A stretch of DNA of 54,899 nt from a virus (Duplodnaviria > Caudoviricetes). The DNA is taken from positions 1-54,899 of the IMG/VR virus record IMGVR_UViG_3300021963_000160. One strand, 5' to 3'. The position numbers and the translations under genes are program-made. Every line of letters starts with the position of its first letter. The first letter of the stretch is position 1. This document shows positions 10,044 through 20,458 of this stretch, piece by piece. The notes below the pieces were generated by a model. That model was given only the letters and a program-made list of their open reading frames with translations, was not told where the DNA came from and did not search any database.

Positions 10044-11132
10044 TTAAACTTTTCTAATACTTTTAATTCTCAATCCGTTCCCGGATTCTTGGTTTACCTC
10101 CCTTACCTTAACTCCACTTTGAGAAATGCTCTGAGGAACTCTTCTTTCGCCCATATTAATGTTTTTAATATTTGCCATAGTTCCTTCTGTTGCATCCGAT
10201 ATACCTTGTTCATAAAAGAACTTAGCATACTTTTCAGGATTCATTGCCATTGATAACCCTCGGTGATAACCTGCTGCATCTTTAATCAACCCACTCTCGT
10301 CCATAAACTTATTAATAAAGTTTAATGGAGTAGATTGAAGTGATTTCAATTCTGCTGCATCACCAGGCGAAAACTTTAATGTTTTGTTATCATCAATTTT
10401 GAACTCAAAACCTTTGAATTCATTGCTGAATAACTCATTTGACTTTTGGTCAAACCATTGTGCTTTTTTCGTGTTGGCATCCTGCTCGTTTTTGGAGGTT
10501 TGGATATATTGTTTGTATAATGCAAATTCTTCTTTTTCTTCATTAGGAACAGATGCCTCACTTGACACAAGCGGCAACTTGTATTGTTCCTTTTGTTCGT
10601 TAAAGAATTTCTTTGCCTTATTTAAGGTCTTTTTTCTTTCTAGTTTCTTTTTATTTATTTCTTCATCTGTATCAATATCCTCATCGAAACTAAATTCATT
10701 CATCATTAATTCAATATCCTCAGGCTCCAACCCTTCTTCTTTTAAAGTGAAATACTCCTTTATTAAAGAGTCGCTATCCACTTTACTGAAATCACGATTT
10801 AATTTAACAAAATCATCAATCCCTCTGCCTGTTTCTTTTTTGTACTTTAAAAATGCAGATACGTCTTCTGGCAATATCTCACTTTCTTTTTCTTTAACAA
10901 GTTCATCAAATGATGTGATTTGCTTATTAAATTTTTTACCTAAATATGATAGTACATCTTCATCTTTAAGTTCAATTACATTTGGCGTGTCAATAACACT
11001 TTTTTCAGGTGTTATTACTTCAGCGGTTTCAGTTGTATCACTAGCAGTATGTTTTACTAATAATTCTTCTTCAATTTGCGCTTGACTTTTCTCTGATGGT
11101 TCTTCCACGCTTCTTACTTTAAATTCTGCCAT
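10044..11132 (-). CDS. Putative scaffolding/head assembly protein
   Basis: 362 aa, acidic and helical, between portal and MCP; AKFFYEQG motif. Confidence 0.6.
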   Translation of the reverse strand: MAEFKVRSVEEPSEKSQAQIEEELLVKHTASDTTETAEVITPEKSVIDTPNVIELKDEDVLSYLGKKFNKQITSFDELVKEKESEILPEDVSAFLKYKKETGRGIDDFVKLNRDFSKVDSDSLIKEYFTLKEEGLEPEDIELMMNEFSFDEDIDTDEEINKKKLERKKTLNKAKKFFNEQKEQYKLPLVSSEASVPNEEKEEFALYKQYIQTSKNEQDANTKKAQWFDQKSNELFSNEFKGFEFKIDDNKTLKFSPGDAAELKSLQSTPLNFINKFMDESGLIKDAAGYHRGLSMAMNPEKYAKFFYEQGISDATEGTMANIKNINMGERRVPQSISQSGVKVREVNQESGNGLRIKSIRKV

Positions 11133-11158
11133 TGGATTATATTTTATTTAATTGGTTA

Positions 11159-11166
11159 CAAAATTA
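11159..11166 (-). promoter_or_regulatory. Bacteroidota -7 box (TAATTTTG) for scaffold-MCP
   Basis: TAnnTTTG match 26 nt upstream of the ATG at 11132. Confidence 0.65.
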
Positions 11167-11198
11167 TACTTTATTTTTAATATTATGTTAAGTAGATT

Positions 11199-13634
11199 TT
11201 AAAGTGGCCCTACGTCATTAAAAGATATATCTTGTTTATTATCATAATTAGACTCAAATCTCTTTGGTGGTAACTTTAATTCTCTTTGGTTAATAAGTTC
11301 TGATTGATTTGAACTTTGGATGTTTATTCTCTTGTCTTTAGCGTCTTCTTTCTGTTTATTTATTGACGAAATTGAATTAGCTTCTATGCCAGCCAATTGC
11401 ATATTGTAACTAAACTCTTCTGCCATCAACCCTTTTTTAAGTTCCGCTTCGGCTGTAAGGGTTCTTATATCAAAGTTAGATTCCGCTTCAATGATTTGGA
11501 TTTTAGCCTGTGTTTCAAGTTGTATTTTTTGCATAGCCGTTTGAGATGCCATTTCCTGAGACTTTAATTGCTGTTGAGAAATCATTGCTTGTTTTTGCAT
11601 TTCCATCTTTTCAGCTTGATCTTGCTTTTTAAGACGTTTCATTTTTAAGAGTTGATTTGCAAGTTTAAGGTTTTTAATTTCCCTTATATCAATAGCATCT
11701 TCAATATCAATATTTTTTTGTGCAAGTGCAACTTGGATATTAGCTTCTAATTGAGCTCTTTCTTCTTCATCGGGACTTACTTCAATAAATATACCAAAAT
11801 CAGATGCGTACAAGTCTTTAATATCGTTTAAAATAGAGACATTGTATTTACCAATTTTATTAGCAAAATCATCTTTAAAATCCGAGTACTCAAGTATATC
11901 CGCAACTCTATATGTTAAAGCCTCAGACAGTGACCTGAATATAGATAAACTTGCATCTAAAATGTGTCGTGTTGCTGTGTTTGAGTTTGCTGCTGCTAAT
12001 TTTTGTACTCCAACTAATGCGTTTGAGTCAGGAGTAGAGCCGTCTCTTGCCTCATTTAATCCTGTAACATCTCTAATCATACCTAAGTAGTGATTATAGT
12101 TAGCAATAAGCATCTGTAACTTACTTGCGCCCGAATTAGATGTAAGTTGTGTTATTGGAACTCTTGCATTATTAAATTCGCCATCGGATGTATAGCTACG
12201 CCCTACAACACTACCTGTTTGAAAATACAGTCTTAATGCGTCTTCGGGAGTATATGTTCCTCCTTCGCCCATATCTACTTCGTTTATACCATCGGCATCT
12301 ATAAATACACCATCAGGAACAACTTTAGCTACAACTTGCTGTAACTTCAAGTGAGTAATTTGAATTAGGTCAGCAAATGGAATCATCCTTCCAGCTAAAG
12401 GTTCATAATTTCCTTTGTACATTCTTGGGGCACACGCTATATAATTTGATAGAGCATGTTGTGATGCGGATTTTGGTCTAACCATATTTTCAGCTAATTC
12501 CCATTTAAGAACTATATTGGTACCCATAACCATTATACCGTTATACCAAACGTCAATTACTTTTTCTATTTTAGTAAAACGACCTTCTTCCATCATTTCT
12601 ACAGGCGGATTGAACTGGTCATCTTTTTGAATTACACGAGAACCACCGCCTTCAAGTATTTTTTTCTTAAAAACTACTTTTTTTGAAGTCTTGTAATTAT
12701 AATAAAGCAGCGTGCAAGTGTCTTTTCTAAATACACTATTATCGTAATACTGAGATGAGTTATAGTAGTCGTACCAGCTTTGTGAATATTGAGATATTTT
12801 TTCAATATCCTCGGGTGTTAAACTTTGGTCTATTTTGTAAAGTTCTGTAATAGGAACCGTTTTTACTTCTCCCCAATAGAACACATCCCCAAAATTAGGG
12901 TCTTCTGTATAGCTATTAACTATATAAGCGGGGTCTACATAACACACTTCAACCCCTGCACCTGGCAGAAATTCATGCTTACATACACCTACTCCTATTG
13001 TTGTTAAATCGTAATCAATTCGCTTTCTTACGTCATACCATTTATTTTCTTCAAGTATTGTATTTATAGCCTCTTCTTCTGCTATTTCTATTGCAGGCTT
13101 ATAATGAAGTTGCATATAAAGACTTAACTCTTCATCGCTTGCAGGTAATTGGTCTGGAGGCATAACAAAAGGGTCAACCCCTGTAGTATTTTGGATACTT
13201 GTTAAAATATCTTTAGCTACCATTTGCCCCTCTACCATATCCTGATATTTGCTTCTTTTGGCTTGAGACATTGCATCTTGGGAAAATGCTTTTACTTTAA
13301 ATAACCTATCGGACATCCCATTTACAACTATATCTACAAACTTTGGTATAATTGGAACAGGTGTCCAGTCTAAGTTTAGGTGAGACAAATCACCATCAAC
13401 CGCCATTTCGCTTTTATATTTTTCTATAGACTGCTCCCCCCTTGCATACATTCTTAGTCTATGGTACCTTCCCATTCGGTCATAAAATCTACAACTTCCT
13501 TGGTCTTTTGAAAACCACTCCCACTGTATAGCATTTCCAATCATTAATCCGTATTCTACAGTTGCTTTCTCTGTGTCAGACACAAATTGATTTGGAAAAA
13601 CGGTTGTAGGAATAGTTATTTCTACCTCTTTCAT
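11199..13634 (-). CDS. Portal protein
   Basis: 811 aa; LRMYARGEQS, LNLDWTPVPIIPKFVDIVVNG, MIRDVTGLNEARDGS, C-terminal coiled coil; directly follows terminase. Confidence 0.85.
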   Translation of the reverse strand: MKEVEITIPTTVFPNQFVSDTEKATVEYGLMIGNAIQWEWFSKDQGSCRFYDRMGRYHRLRMYARGEQSIEKYKSEMAVDGDLSHLNLDWTPVPIIPKFVDIVVNGMSDRLFKVKAFSQDAMSQAKRSKYQDMVEGQMVAKDILTSIQNTTGVDPFVMPPDQLPASDEELSLYMQLHYKPAIEIAEEEAINTILEENKWYDVRKRIDYDLTTIGVGVCKHEFLPGAGVEVCYVDPAYIVNSYTEDPNFGDVFYWGEVKTVPITELYKIDQSLTPEDIEKISQYSQSWYDYYNSSQYYDNSVFRKDTCTLLYYNYKTSKKVVFKKKILEGGGSRVIQKDDQFNPPVEMMEEGRFTKIEKVIDVWYNGIMVMGTNIVLKWELAENMVRPKSASQHALSNYIACAPRMYKGNYEPLAGRMIPFADLIQITHLKLQQVVAKVVPDGVFIDADGINEVDMGEGGTYTPEDALRLYFQTGSVVGRSYTSDGEFNNARVPITQLTSNSGASKLQMLIANYNHYLGMIRDVTGLNEARDGSTPDSNALVGVQKLAAANSNTATRHILDASLSIFRSLSEALTYRVADILEYSDFKDDFANKIGKYNVSILNDIKDLYASDFGIFIEVSPDEEERAQLEANIQVALAQKNIDIEDAIDIREIKNLKLANQLLKMKRLKKQDQAEKMEMQKQAMISQQQLKSQEMASQTAMQKIQLETQAKIQIIEAESNFDIRTLTAEAELKKGLMAEEFSYNMQLAGIEANSISSINKQKEDAKDKRINIQSSNQSELINQRELKLPPKRFESNYDNKQDISFNDVGPL

Positions 13635-15892
13635 AAGTTTCTTATTATTTTAGACGATGAACCTTCATTATTATATTTAGCAAAATTAATACTTATTTTC
13701 TCATTTTTTACTTCCGGCAAATACTCGTGTTTTTGGTTTGCCATAATACATAATCCTGAGCTAATAGAGGCGTCAAACTTTGTTCTGTCATTTATATCAA
13801 ATCCTGCCCAATCTAAAAGAGTGCTATTAAAAAGCATTGAGCCTATTTGGTCACTACTTCTGTATGTTCCTGACATGTCAAATCCAACATGTTTTTCTAT
13901 GTAGGTTTCTATTGCGCTCGCGTGAGATTGCTTAATATCTTCAGACGAGTTCGGTATACCTCCAAGCTCTCTTTCTGTTGCTGATAGTTTAGCAAATTTC
14001 TTATCGGGTCTATTCATACTAAAGGCGCGATACCCTCTATTTTTAAAATGATAAAGCAGCCTTGGTTTGTTATTTTCTGAAAGTATAGGCATACCATAAA
14101 AAACACATGCCATAAGCACATCTTCAAAAAATATTTCTGCTGTTTGTGGTCTTGCTATATACTCAAGGAAAAACTCATTTACAGGTGCTTCGTCCATGTG
14201 GAACTTAGTCATTCCGTGTAGTGAGCCATTAGAACCCCTACCGCCAACTACTGCTGATATATCATAAGGGTCACACCCAAATGTTCCTAAATGCTCATTA
14301 CAAGGCATACACCTATCGCCTTTTCTAATCACTCTATTTTGTAAATGTCTTGGAGGCAACCACCCTACTAAGAACCTACCTCTAATATCGGGAGACCAAA
14401 TTACCGTTGTATCTTTAATACCATCTTTCCATGTAAACGACCCTTTTGTAACGTGATGGTCTATTATTATTGAATCGTTATAATCAATTTGTTGATAAAT
14501 TTTAGTTAAATTAAATAATGAAGCCTTACTTTCATCCCTAAAGGCATGAGAAATACTTCTTGGAAACTGTCTGTAAAATTCATTTAAAGCGTCTGAGTCA
14601 CTTTTTAATGAATCTACTTCTGCTTCCCAATAATCTATTGCTCCGTTTTTAATTAGCTTTCCATCTATTCCCATTACAGGAGTGTATGGCTTTCTAAGAA
14701 CAGGCATACCGTATTTATCAATAAACCCTTCCATATTCCACTCCATAGGAATAAACAAAGAGTATAATCCCGATTTAGTTTGTCCGTTGGCATTTCTATT
14801 AAGCACATCGGAATCTTCATACATCTTCTTAAACTCTTCTCCGCCCTTTTTGCGTGCGTTTACAGTAGAGCCCATTTTGCATTTGCCAATTATACGACTT
14901 CCTAATCGCAAACAGGTTTTGTGAACACGCCATAACCCTAAAAGGCTAATCGGTTTTAAGAATTTACCCGCTTCGTCTATTGATAAGAATATTAACTTTT
15001 CACCGTCATACGAGTTGTCATCTGTACTTTTCCAATCTATTGTAGTATCAAGCCCTTCTGTTCCGACATTACCTGCCGAATACATATTGTTTTTAGTTAT
15101 TTTACTTGCAGGTACTTTGTAGGATAATTCTGTTTTAGGTTTATCCATACCATCCATAATAGGTTTAAAATAGAAAGGCAATTTATTATTGATTGGAACA
15201 ACCTTGTCGGTAAACATTTTTTTTGCATCGGCTCCCGTTGTAGAAAGTAATCCTATACGGGCATTATTTGCTAACGTTCCTGTTTCTATTGCATCAGAGG
15301 ACGCTTCAAATGAGTGCCCCGACCTTCTTATCTTTGTGTAGATTTGTCCAAACGACCTGTCATCTGCCTTGCACGCCTCCCAGTGTATGTATTTTATTCT
15401 GTTGGCTTCACGAAAATCAGGATAACCAACATCAATGCTTGCAACCTGTAAATAAAACCAATGTTGTCCTGTTAGGTAAGTGGAAACTCCATTATTTTTA
15501 AACCAAAACCCGTGCTCTCTGCAATCAAATTGTTGGTCAATGTATGGCAACCAATTATTTTTAAATGCCGCAGGAGCATCGTTCCATTGGCTCATTGATT
15601 TTATTCTACTTAATTCAGGTGGAGGTATCTCTCTTTCCCAATACTGGTCTTCTCTTTTTTTACTTCGTGAATAAATTGATTTAGGTTCTTTTGGTAAGGC
15701 TATTATTAAGTTTTGTATTTTGTAAATTTCGCCTATTTCGCCATTTTTAGAAATTATTACAACATCGTATTTTTCATCGTATCCGAATTTCCATGAATTT
15801 GTAGCATTACGTCTTTGTATAATGCTCTTGTCTATATAATCGGGTAAAACCGAAAATATTATATTATCTTCCTTTTGAATTACGTTCTGCAA
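13631..15892 (-). CDS. terL: Terminase large subunit
   Basis: 753 aa; ATPase motifs KIRRSGHS and LSIDEAGK, nuclease motifs FGCDPYD, ENNK, KFDASISSG. Confidence 0.85.
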   Translation of the reverse strand: MQNVIQKEDNIIFSVLPDYIDKSIIQRRNATNSWKFGYDEKYDVVIISKNGEIGEIYKIQNLIIALPKEPKSIYSRSKKREDQYWEREIPPPELSRIKSMSQWNDAPAAFKNNWLPYIDQQFDCREHGFWFKNNGVSTYLTGQHWFYLQVASIDVGYPDFREANRIKYIHWEACKADDRSFGQIYTKIRRSGHSFEASSDAIETGTLANNARIGLLSTTGADAKKMFTDKVVPINNKLPFYFKPIMDGMDKPKTELSYKVPASKITKNNMYSAGNVGTEGLDTTIDWKSTDDNSYDGEKLIFLSIDEAGKFLKPISLLGLWRVHKTCLRLGSRIIGKCKMGSTVNARKKGGEEFKKMYEDSDVLNRNANGQTKSGLYSLFIPMEWNMEGFIDKYGMPVLRKPYTPVMGIDGKLIKNGAIDYWEAEVDSLKSDSDALNEFYRQFPRSISHAFRDESKASLFNLTKIYQQIDYNDSIIIDHHVTKGSFTWKDGIKDTTVIWSPDIRGRFLVGWLPPRHLQNRVIRKGDRCMPCNEHLGTFGCDPYDISAVVGGRGSNGSLHGMTKFHMDEAPVNEFFLEYIARPQTAEIFFEDVLMACVFYGMPILSENNKPRLLYHFKNRGYRAFSMNRPDKKFAKLSATERELGGIPNSSEDIKQSHASAIETYIEKHVGFDMSGTYRSSDQIGSMLFNSTLLDWAGFDINDRTKFDASISSGLCIMANQKHEYLPEVKNEKISINFAKYNNEGSSSKIIRNL

Positions 15893-16139
15893 ATCCCTGT
15901 GATGAATGTGATAATGTTCCTTCTGTTAAACTAAGTTGTTCGGCGTCTATCCGGGTAAGTATATCAAAAGCATCAAACACGGCTATTTTCTTACATTGCG
16001 CTGCGTTTTTTAACCTATCCGAACTAACATCATCTTCAGTATTTGTTATAATCGGCTCTTCGATGACTTTTATCAGTTCCTCTACGCCCTTTCTGCCAGC
16101 ATCAATAATTAACTGCTTGTACTCTTCTGTAGTTTTCAT
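15864..16139 (-). CDS. Candidate terminase small subunit
   Basis: 91 aa helical protein overlapping the terL start; DRLKNAAQCKKIAVFDAFDILTRI. Confidence 0.45.
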   Translation of the reverse strand: MKTTEEYKQLIIDAGRKGVEELIKVIEEPIITNTEDDVSSDRLKNAAQCKKIAVFDAFDILTRIDAEQLSLTEGTLSHSSQGFAERNSKGR

Positions 16140-16702
16140 AGTTTAATTACGATCTGATGGTCAAACATTCGATATAGTTTCTCTCCGTCAACTATAAAAG
16201 GATATTCAGATTCAGGCTTGAAACAAACCTTATCTCCAGCAACCACTCCCTTGGACTCTAGATACTCATTACTGTATTTTATTACGCCAATTAACGGTTC
16301 TTCGTCAATGTGTTTCTTAATGCTTAAATTATCGATAACGGGAATAGGTTTTACAAAGCAATATCTACCTTGGGCTTCCCAACCGTTCCCATTGTTATAT
16401 CCAAAAAACTGATCATCGTTAACAATGAATAAATCATCTTTTAAAAACGAACCTGAACTTTTGCGTTGACCGTACATGTCGTTATAAAACTTCATAACGT
16501 TATGGTGGACTATTAGTGTTGCACCTTTTTCAATATTACCCTTATATCCAATGGGTAATTCTATTACTTCGGCAAATCTATTAGACGCCAAGTGGTCTTC
16601 CTCAGAAACGCTTGTTATTAATTCTACACCTGCAATATTTGTAGTATTATCGTAACGTTTCCCTCCAATTGGCTTTACTATAAAATTATCAGGACTTCTC
16701 AT
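16136..16702 (-). CDS. Divergent GroES-like protein (two GroES-like halves)
   Basis: 188 aa; FIVKP...AEVIELP...GATLIVHHN, then FVKP...GVIKY...GDKVCF..SEYPFIVDGEKLYRM. Confidence 0.5.
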   Translation of the reverse strand: MRSPDNFIVKPIGGKRYDNTTNIAGVELITSVSEEDHLASNRFAEVIELPIGYKGNIEKGATLIVHHNVMKFYNDMYGQRKSSGSFLKDDLFIVNDDQFFGYNNGNGWEAQGRYCFVKPIPVIDNLSIKKHIDEEPLIGVIKYSNEYLESKGVVAGDKVCFKPESEYPFIVDGEKLYRMFDHQIVIKL

Positions 16703-16704
16703 GT

Positions 16705-16929
16705 TTAAAAGTCAATGTTAAATTCTATAGATTTGGGCACCGAGTATGTAAATTCTTTCCATAGCACAACTTCGCTTAGTTTATTTATAATCCATATCTC
16801 TACCGATAGCGTTTCAGGTTCTCTTTTTATTAAGTGAATCTTATTGCTTCCGCCAAGGACTTCTTGCCCTACCGAATAGTGCATTCCGTCTTTGTAATCT
16901 GGACCAACAGTTAATTTTCTAATTTCCAC
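16705..16929 (-). CDS. Conserved hypothetical phage protein
   Basis: 74 aa; IRKLTVGPDYKDGMHYSVGQEV...LWKEF. Confidence 0.65.
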   Translation of the reverse strand: MEIRKLTVGPDYKDGMHYSVGQEVLGGSNKIHLIKREPETLSVEIWIINKLSEVVLWKEFTYSVPKSIEFNIDF

Positions 16930-17179
16930 TTGTTACTTCGCCTGTTTGGATATTTACAACGGCATTTTCCCCGTGTTTCTTTATGATTTTCTGCTCAAAT
17001 ACTTTTGATTCGTAAACTAATTCATCATAACGCTTTATAGTGCTTTGTTTTTGTAATTCTAAATCACCGATATGAATTTTTATTCTTATTCTTTCGTTGT
17101 TTGAATTTTGCAATTGAGTTAATTCCTGCTCGGTTAATTGACCGATAACTTCTTTAGGTGTTTCTTTTGAAATTTCCAT
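16919..17179 (-). CDS. Hypothetical coiled-coil protein
   Basis: 86 aa ending KHGENAVVNIQTGEV; first gene after a promoter box. Confidence 0.6.
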   Translation of the reverse strand: MEISKETPKEVIGQLTEQELTQLQNSNNERIRIKIHIGDLELQKQSTIKRYDELVYESKVFEQKIIKKHGENAVVNIQTGEVTSGN

Positions 17180-17200
17180 TTTATTTATATTTGATTACTT

Positions 17201-17208
17201 CAAAAGTA
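17201..17208 (-). promoter_or_regulatory. Bacteroidota -7 box (TACTTTTG) for the packaging/head operon
   Basis: TAnnTTTG match 21 nt upstream of the ATG at 17179. Confidence 0.65.
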
Positions 17209-17291
17209 AAATATTTGCGTTTGATTATATGTTAATTGGTAAAAATATTTGCATAATATATGAAATAAGTTAGTAATTGCTTATTATTTTA

Positions 17292-17299
17292 TATATTTG
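17292..17299 (+). promoter_or_regulatory. Bacteroidota -7 box (TATATTTG), divergent from the one at 17201
   Basis: TAnnTTTG match 10 nt upstream of the ATG at 17310. Confidence 0.6.
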
Positions 17300-17309
17300 T
17301 AATCTGTAT

Positions 17310-17465
17310 ATGGTATACGAGCACGTAAAAAAATACCGATTAAATCAAATTATGATAGCAGAAGCTTTGGGTTATAAAAATGTTCAATCATTTAGGTGCT
17401 CTACTGCACATCGCAGAATTATGGCAGGAATAAATATTATTTTGGGAGAAATTAAAAAACCATGA
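17310..17465 (+). CDS. Small possible HTH regulator
   Basis: Start moved to ATG 17310; LNQIMIAEALGYKNVQSF resembles an XRE-type HTH. Confidence 0.45.
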   Translation: MVYEHVKKYRLNQIMIAEALGYKNVQSFRCSTAHRRIMAGINIILGEIKKP

Positions 17466-17695
17466 AAATAAAATTAGGTCAACTTAAAAAAGTATCAAAC
17501 CATAAAAGGAAATTTGGTTCAGCATTATCTTACAATGCGGTTTATGTAGAGTTTGATAACGGGATTACCGCTACGTTGTTGTTATCTGATGTTGAAATTG
17601 CTGAGGCAATAGAACGTGCAGGTAAAAACTTAGAAGACGTACCAAAGCTACATGTTCCATTGCTTAGACGCATTATAAATTACCTTAACATATAA
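17462..17695 (+). CDS. Hypothetical protein
   Basis: 77 aa, overlaps the previous stop. Confidence 0.6.
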   Translation: MKIKLGQLKKVSNHKRKFGSALSYNAVYVEFDNGITATLLLSDVEIAEAIERAGKNLEDVPKLHVPLLRRIINYLNI

Positions 17696-17696
17696 T

Positions 17697-18413
17697 ATGT
17701 CGGAAACTAAATTAAGAGTTGCTATTTGTACTGCCGTATGGAAACGCCCCGAAATATTCGAGATGTTTGCGAAAGGCATACATAATCTTATTAAAAATTG
17801 CCCCGACATCGAGTTTGAAGTTATTGTGGCCGGAAGCGAAGGCCAAAAATCTAAATCTATGGTTCTAAAACACGAATTTTGGTATTTAGAAATTGTTAAT
17901 GACCCATTATCTATAAAAATGAACTCAACCGTAATGTTAGCTAAAACATTAAACGTAGATTATATCCTTGGTGTAGGTTCTGATGATGTAATAACTCCTG
18001 AGTTAATGTATCTTTATAAAGAGTCAATGGAAAATAGGGTTGATTATATCGGTGTGTTAGATTTTTACTTTTACGATACAACAAGTGGCAAATCTTCGTA
18101 TTGGGGTGGGTATCGTGAAGCATACAGGAAGGGTCATACATGTGGCGCAGGTAGACTTATTTCTAAGCGACTTTTAAATTTATGGAACTGGCAACCTTGG
18201 GAAGCTAGGCATAGCAAAATACTTGATACGTCTATCCAAGAGAAACTTAAACATACCCCTCATACGACCAAGGTATTTTCTTTAAAGCAAAATAATGTTT
18301 ATGCCTTAGACATAAAAAGTTCTACCAATATGACACCTTTTGAATTGTGGGATAATACTATCCACATAGATACCGAAATAATTAAAATGAAATTCCCTTA
18401 TATTTTTGAATAA
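17697..18413 (+). CDS. GT-A fold glycosyltransferase
   Basis: N-terminal VAICTAVWKRP strand, GVGSDD (DxD-like), GAGR motif. Confidence 0.7.
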   Translation: MSETKLRVAICTAVWKRPEIFEMFAKGIHNLIKNCPDIEFEVIVAGSEGQKSKSMVLKHEFWYLEIVNDPLSIKMNSTVMLAKTLNVDYILGVGSDDVITPELMYLYKESMENRVDYIGVLDFYFYDTTSGKSSYWGGYREAYRKGHTCGAGRLISKRLLNLWNWQPWEARHSKILDTSIQEKLKHTPHTTKVFSLKQNNVYALDIKSSTNMTPFELWDNTIHIDTEIIKMKFPYIFE

Positions 18414-18990
18414 AATGAAGATAGCCGACCCGAAACAATTTTACGAAAACTACCAAGCCGATAATGTACTTGACAAACTTGATTTTGAATTAGTAGACGT
18501 ATTATTATCTGTTGATCCGACATCTGCCTTTGAATTTGGCTGTGGCTCAGGTAAAAACCTTCAATTATTAAAATCTCACAATATCGATATTGAAACATGT
18601 GGTTTAGACATAAGTATCATTAATGTACTCCAGTCCCATTTAAACGGTGTAGATAGTGTTATTCGCGGAGATGAAAGGCATTTCCCATTACGAAAGTTTG
18701 ATGTTGTTTTTACCTGCTCTGTACTTGACCACATAAAAGACATTAATAATATAATTGGTGCAATGCAAGTAATGGCAAATAAAGCCATAGTTTTAGCCGA
18801 AACAAATTCCTTTAAAAAGAATTTTTACTATAAGCACAATTACACTAAGTACGGGTTTGTAAAGCACGATTTTAAATATGTATCTACTGAAGACGGGGGG
18901 GTATACGAAATTTGGGTATATAAAACTCCTGAATATTTAGAATCACTTGCAGGTGAAACCGATGATTTAACCGATACTTACTCTTGTTAA
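18406..18990 (+). CDS. Class I SAM-dependent methyltransferase
   Basis: FEFGCGSG motif I, GLDIS, FDVVFTCSVLDHI. Confidence 0.85.
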   Translation: MNKMKIADPKQFYENYQADNVLDKLDFELVDVLLSVDPTSAFEFGCGSGKNLQLLKSHNIDIETCGLDISIINVLQSHLNGVDSVIRGDERHFPLRKFDVVFTCSVLDHIKDINNIIGAMQVMANKAIVLAETNSFKKNFYYKHNYTKYGFVKHDFKYVSTEDGGVYEIWVYKTPEYLESLAGETDDLTDTYSC

Positions 18991-18991
18991 T

Positions 18992-20458
18992 ATGTGTGGG
19001 CTTGCAGTAGTATATTATAAAAACAAGACAGGCAACTATCATTTGAATAAAATGCTTGATACCATGTCGCATCGTGGGCACGATTTTCGGACTATTCGTT
19101 ATTACGATAATTGCTCCGTTGGGTATAATAGGCTTGCCATTACCGACAGGGAAAATAACATACACGGATCAGACCACCAATGGAGGATATTTTTAAATGG
19201 CGAAATTTACAATTACAAAGAATTAGGTTTTGAAGGAGTTGAAAATAGTGTTTTAGCGCAAGGACTTGAAAAGTACGGAGTAGATTTCGTAAAACAATTA
19301 AATGGTATGTTTGTTATTGTCGCTATTTCTCCCGAGGACCAAGTTTATGTTTTTAGGGATAGATACGGTATTAAGCCCGCATATTACTATGAAGATAATA
19401 ATATGATAATTGTATCTTCTGAAATCAAACCAATATTACAACATCCGGCATATAAGTTTTCTATTAATGAATCAGCAAAAAAACAGTGGCTTACTTTCAA
19501 TAATGTGTTCACGAACGAAACATTGTTTGATAGAATCTGCAAAATGGATAAAGGTACTATTTGGAATCTAAACACTAATCAAACCACAAAATATTGGGCA
19601 TGGGAGTTTAAGCCTACTCCAATGGATTTTGAGACAGCTAAAAACGAAGTTAAACGACTTGTTATACAGGCTATAAACCGAATGATACCAAAGGAAGTTC
19701 CTTATGCAAGTTGTTTAAGCGGGGGGATAGACAGTAATATTATCGCATCTCAATTACCAAAAGAAATAGAAACTTTTTGCGTTGGGTACATTGGCCCGTT
19801 TATCGAAGATGAAACCGAATTGGCGATGGCATCAGGAAGAAACCCTAATTTAGTTTTACTTTCTTGGATAGAAAACTTTGAAGAAACAATTTACCACTTA
19901 GAAGACCTTAGGGTTGGTGCTTGTTGGAGTAATTATAGATTATTTTCTGATGTTTCATGCCGGCATAAAGTAGTTTTTGATGGCGCAGGTGCAGATGAAT
20001 TATTTGGCGGGTACCCTTGGAGATATTCCGAACCAAATTATTATGATGTTGTAAATCGCACAAAAAACGATTCTGAATTTTGCAAGACACTATTTAACCT
20101 TATATATGGTTACGACACTTTGGAAAATAGGTTTAAATTCGATGCTGAACACTTTTTAGAAGGCGTACTGCTTGTTACCGATAGAATGAGTATGGCGCAT
20201 ACACTTGAAGTAAGGGTTCCTTTCCTTGATAATGACTTGGTAGATTTCTGTTTAACATTACCAAATGAGTTTAAAATAGAGAAACGAATCTTAAAAGCTG
20301 CATTTATTGATGAATTACATCCTGATATATTAATGGGGAAGAAAAAAGGGTTTGGCTCACCCGATTGGTTTCCAGGCGAAGGGAATCAAGCTAATAAATG
20401 GGCAAACGAAGCATATAATCAATGGAAATTAATATTTAATAATTATGGAACTTTATAA
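18992..20458 (+). CDS. asnB: Asparagine synthetase B-family glutamine amidotransferase
   Basis: N-terminal Cys2 (MCGL), HRGHD, NRLAI, NGEIYNY, LSGGIDS, GAGADELFGGY, DRMSMAHTLEVRVPFLD. Confidence 0.9.
   Translation: MCGLAVVYYKNKTGNYHLNKMLDTMSHRGHDFRTIRYYDNCSVGYNRLAITDRENNIHGSDHQWRIFLNGEIYNYKELGFEGVENSVLAQGLEKYGVDFVKQLNGMFVIVAISPEDQVYVFRDRYGIKPAYYYEDNNMIIVSSEIKPILQHPAYKFSINESAKKQWLTFNNVFTNETLFDRICKMDKGTIWNLNTNQTTKYWAWEFKPTPMDFETAKNEVKRLVIQAINRMIPKEVPYASCLSGGIDSNIIASQLPKEIETFCVGYIGPFIEDETELAMASGRNPNLVLLSWIENFEETIYHLEDLRVGACWSNYRLFSDVSCRHKVVFDGAGADELFGGYPWRYSEPNYYDVVNRTKNDSEFCKTLFNLIYGYDTLENRFKFDAEHFLEGVLLVTDRMSMAHTLEVRVPFLDNDLVDFCLTLPNEFKIEKRILKAAFIDELHPDILMGKKKGFGSPDWFPGEGNQANKWANEAYNQWKLIFNNYGTL

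Noticed and set aside
18992-20458. asnB as an amino-acid biosynthesis auxiliary metabolic gene
   Set aside because: Its context among GT, methyltransferase and acyltransferase genes favours glycan amidation; the symbol denotes family only
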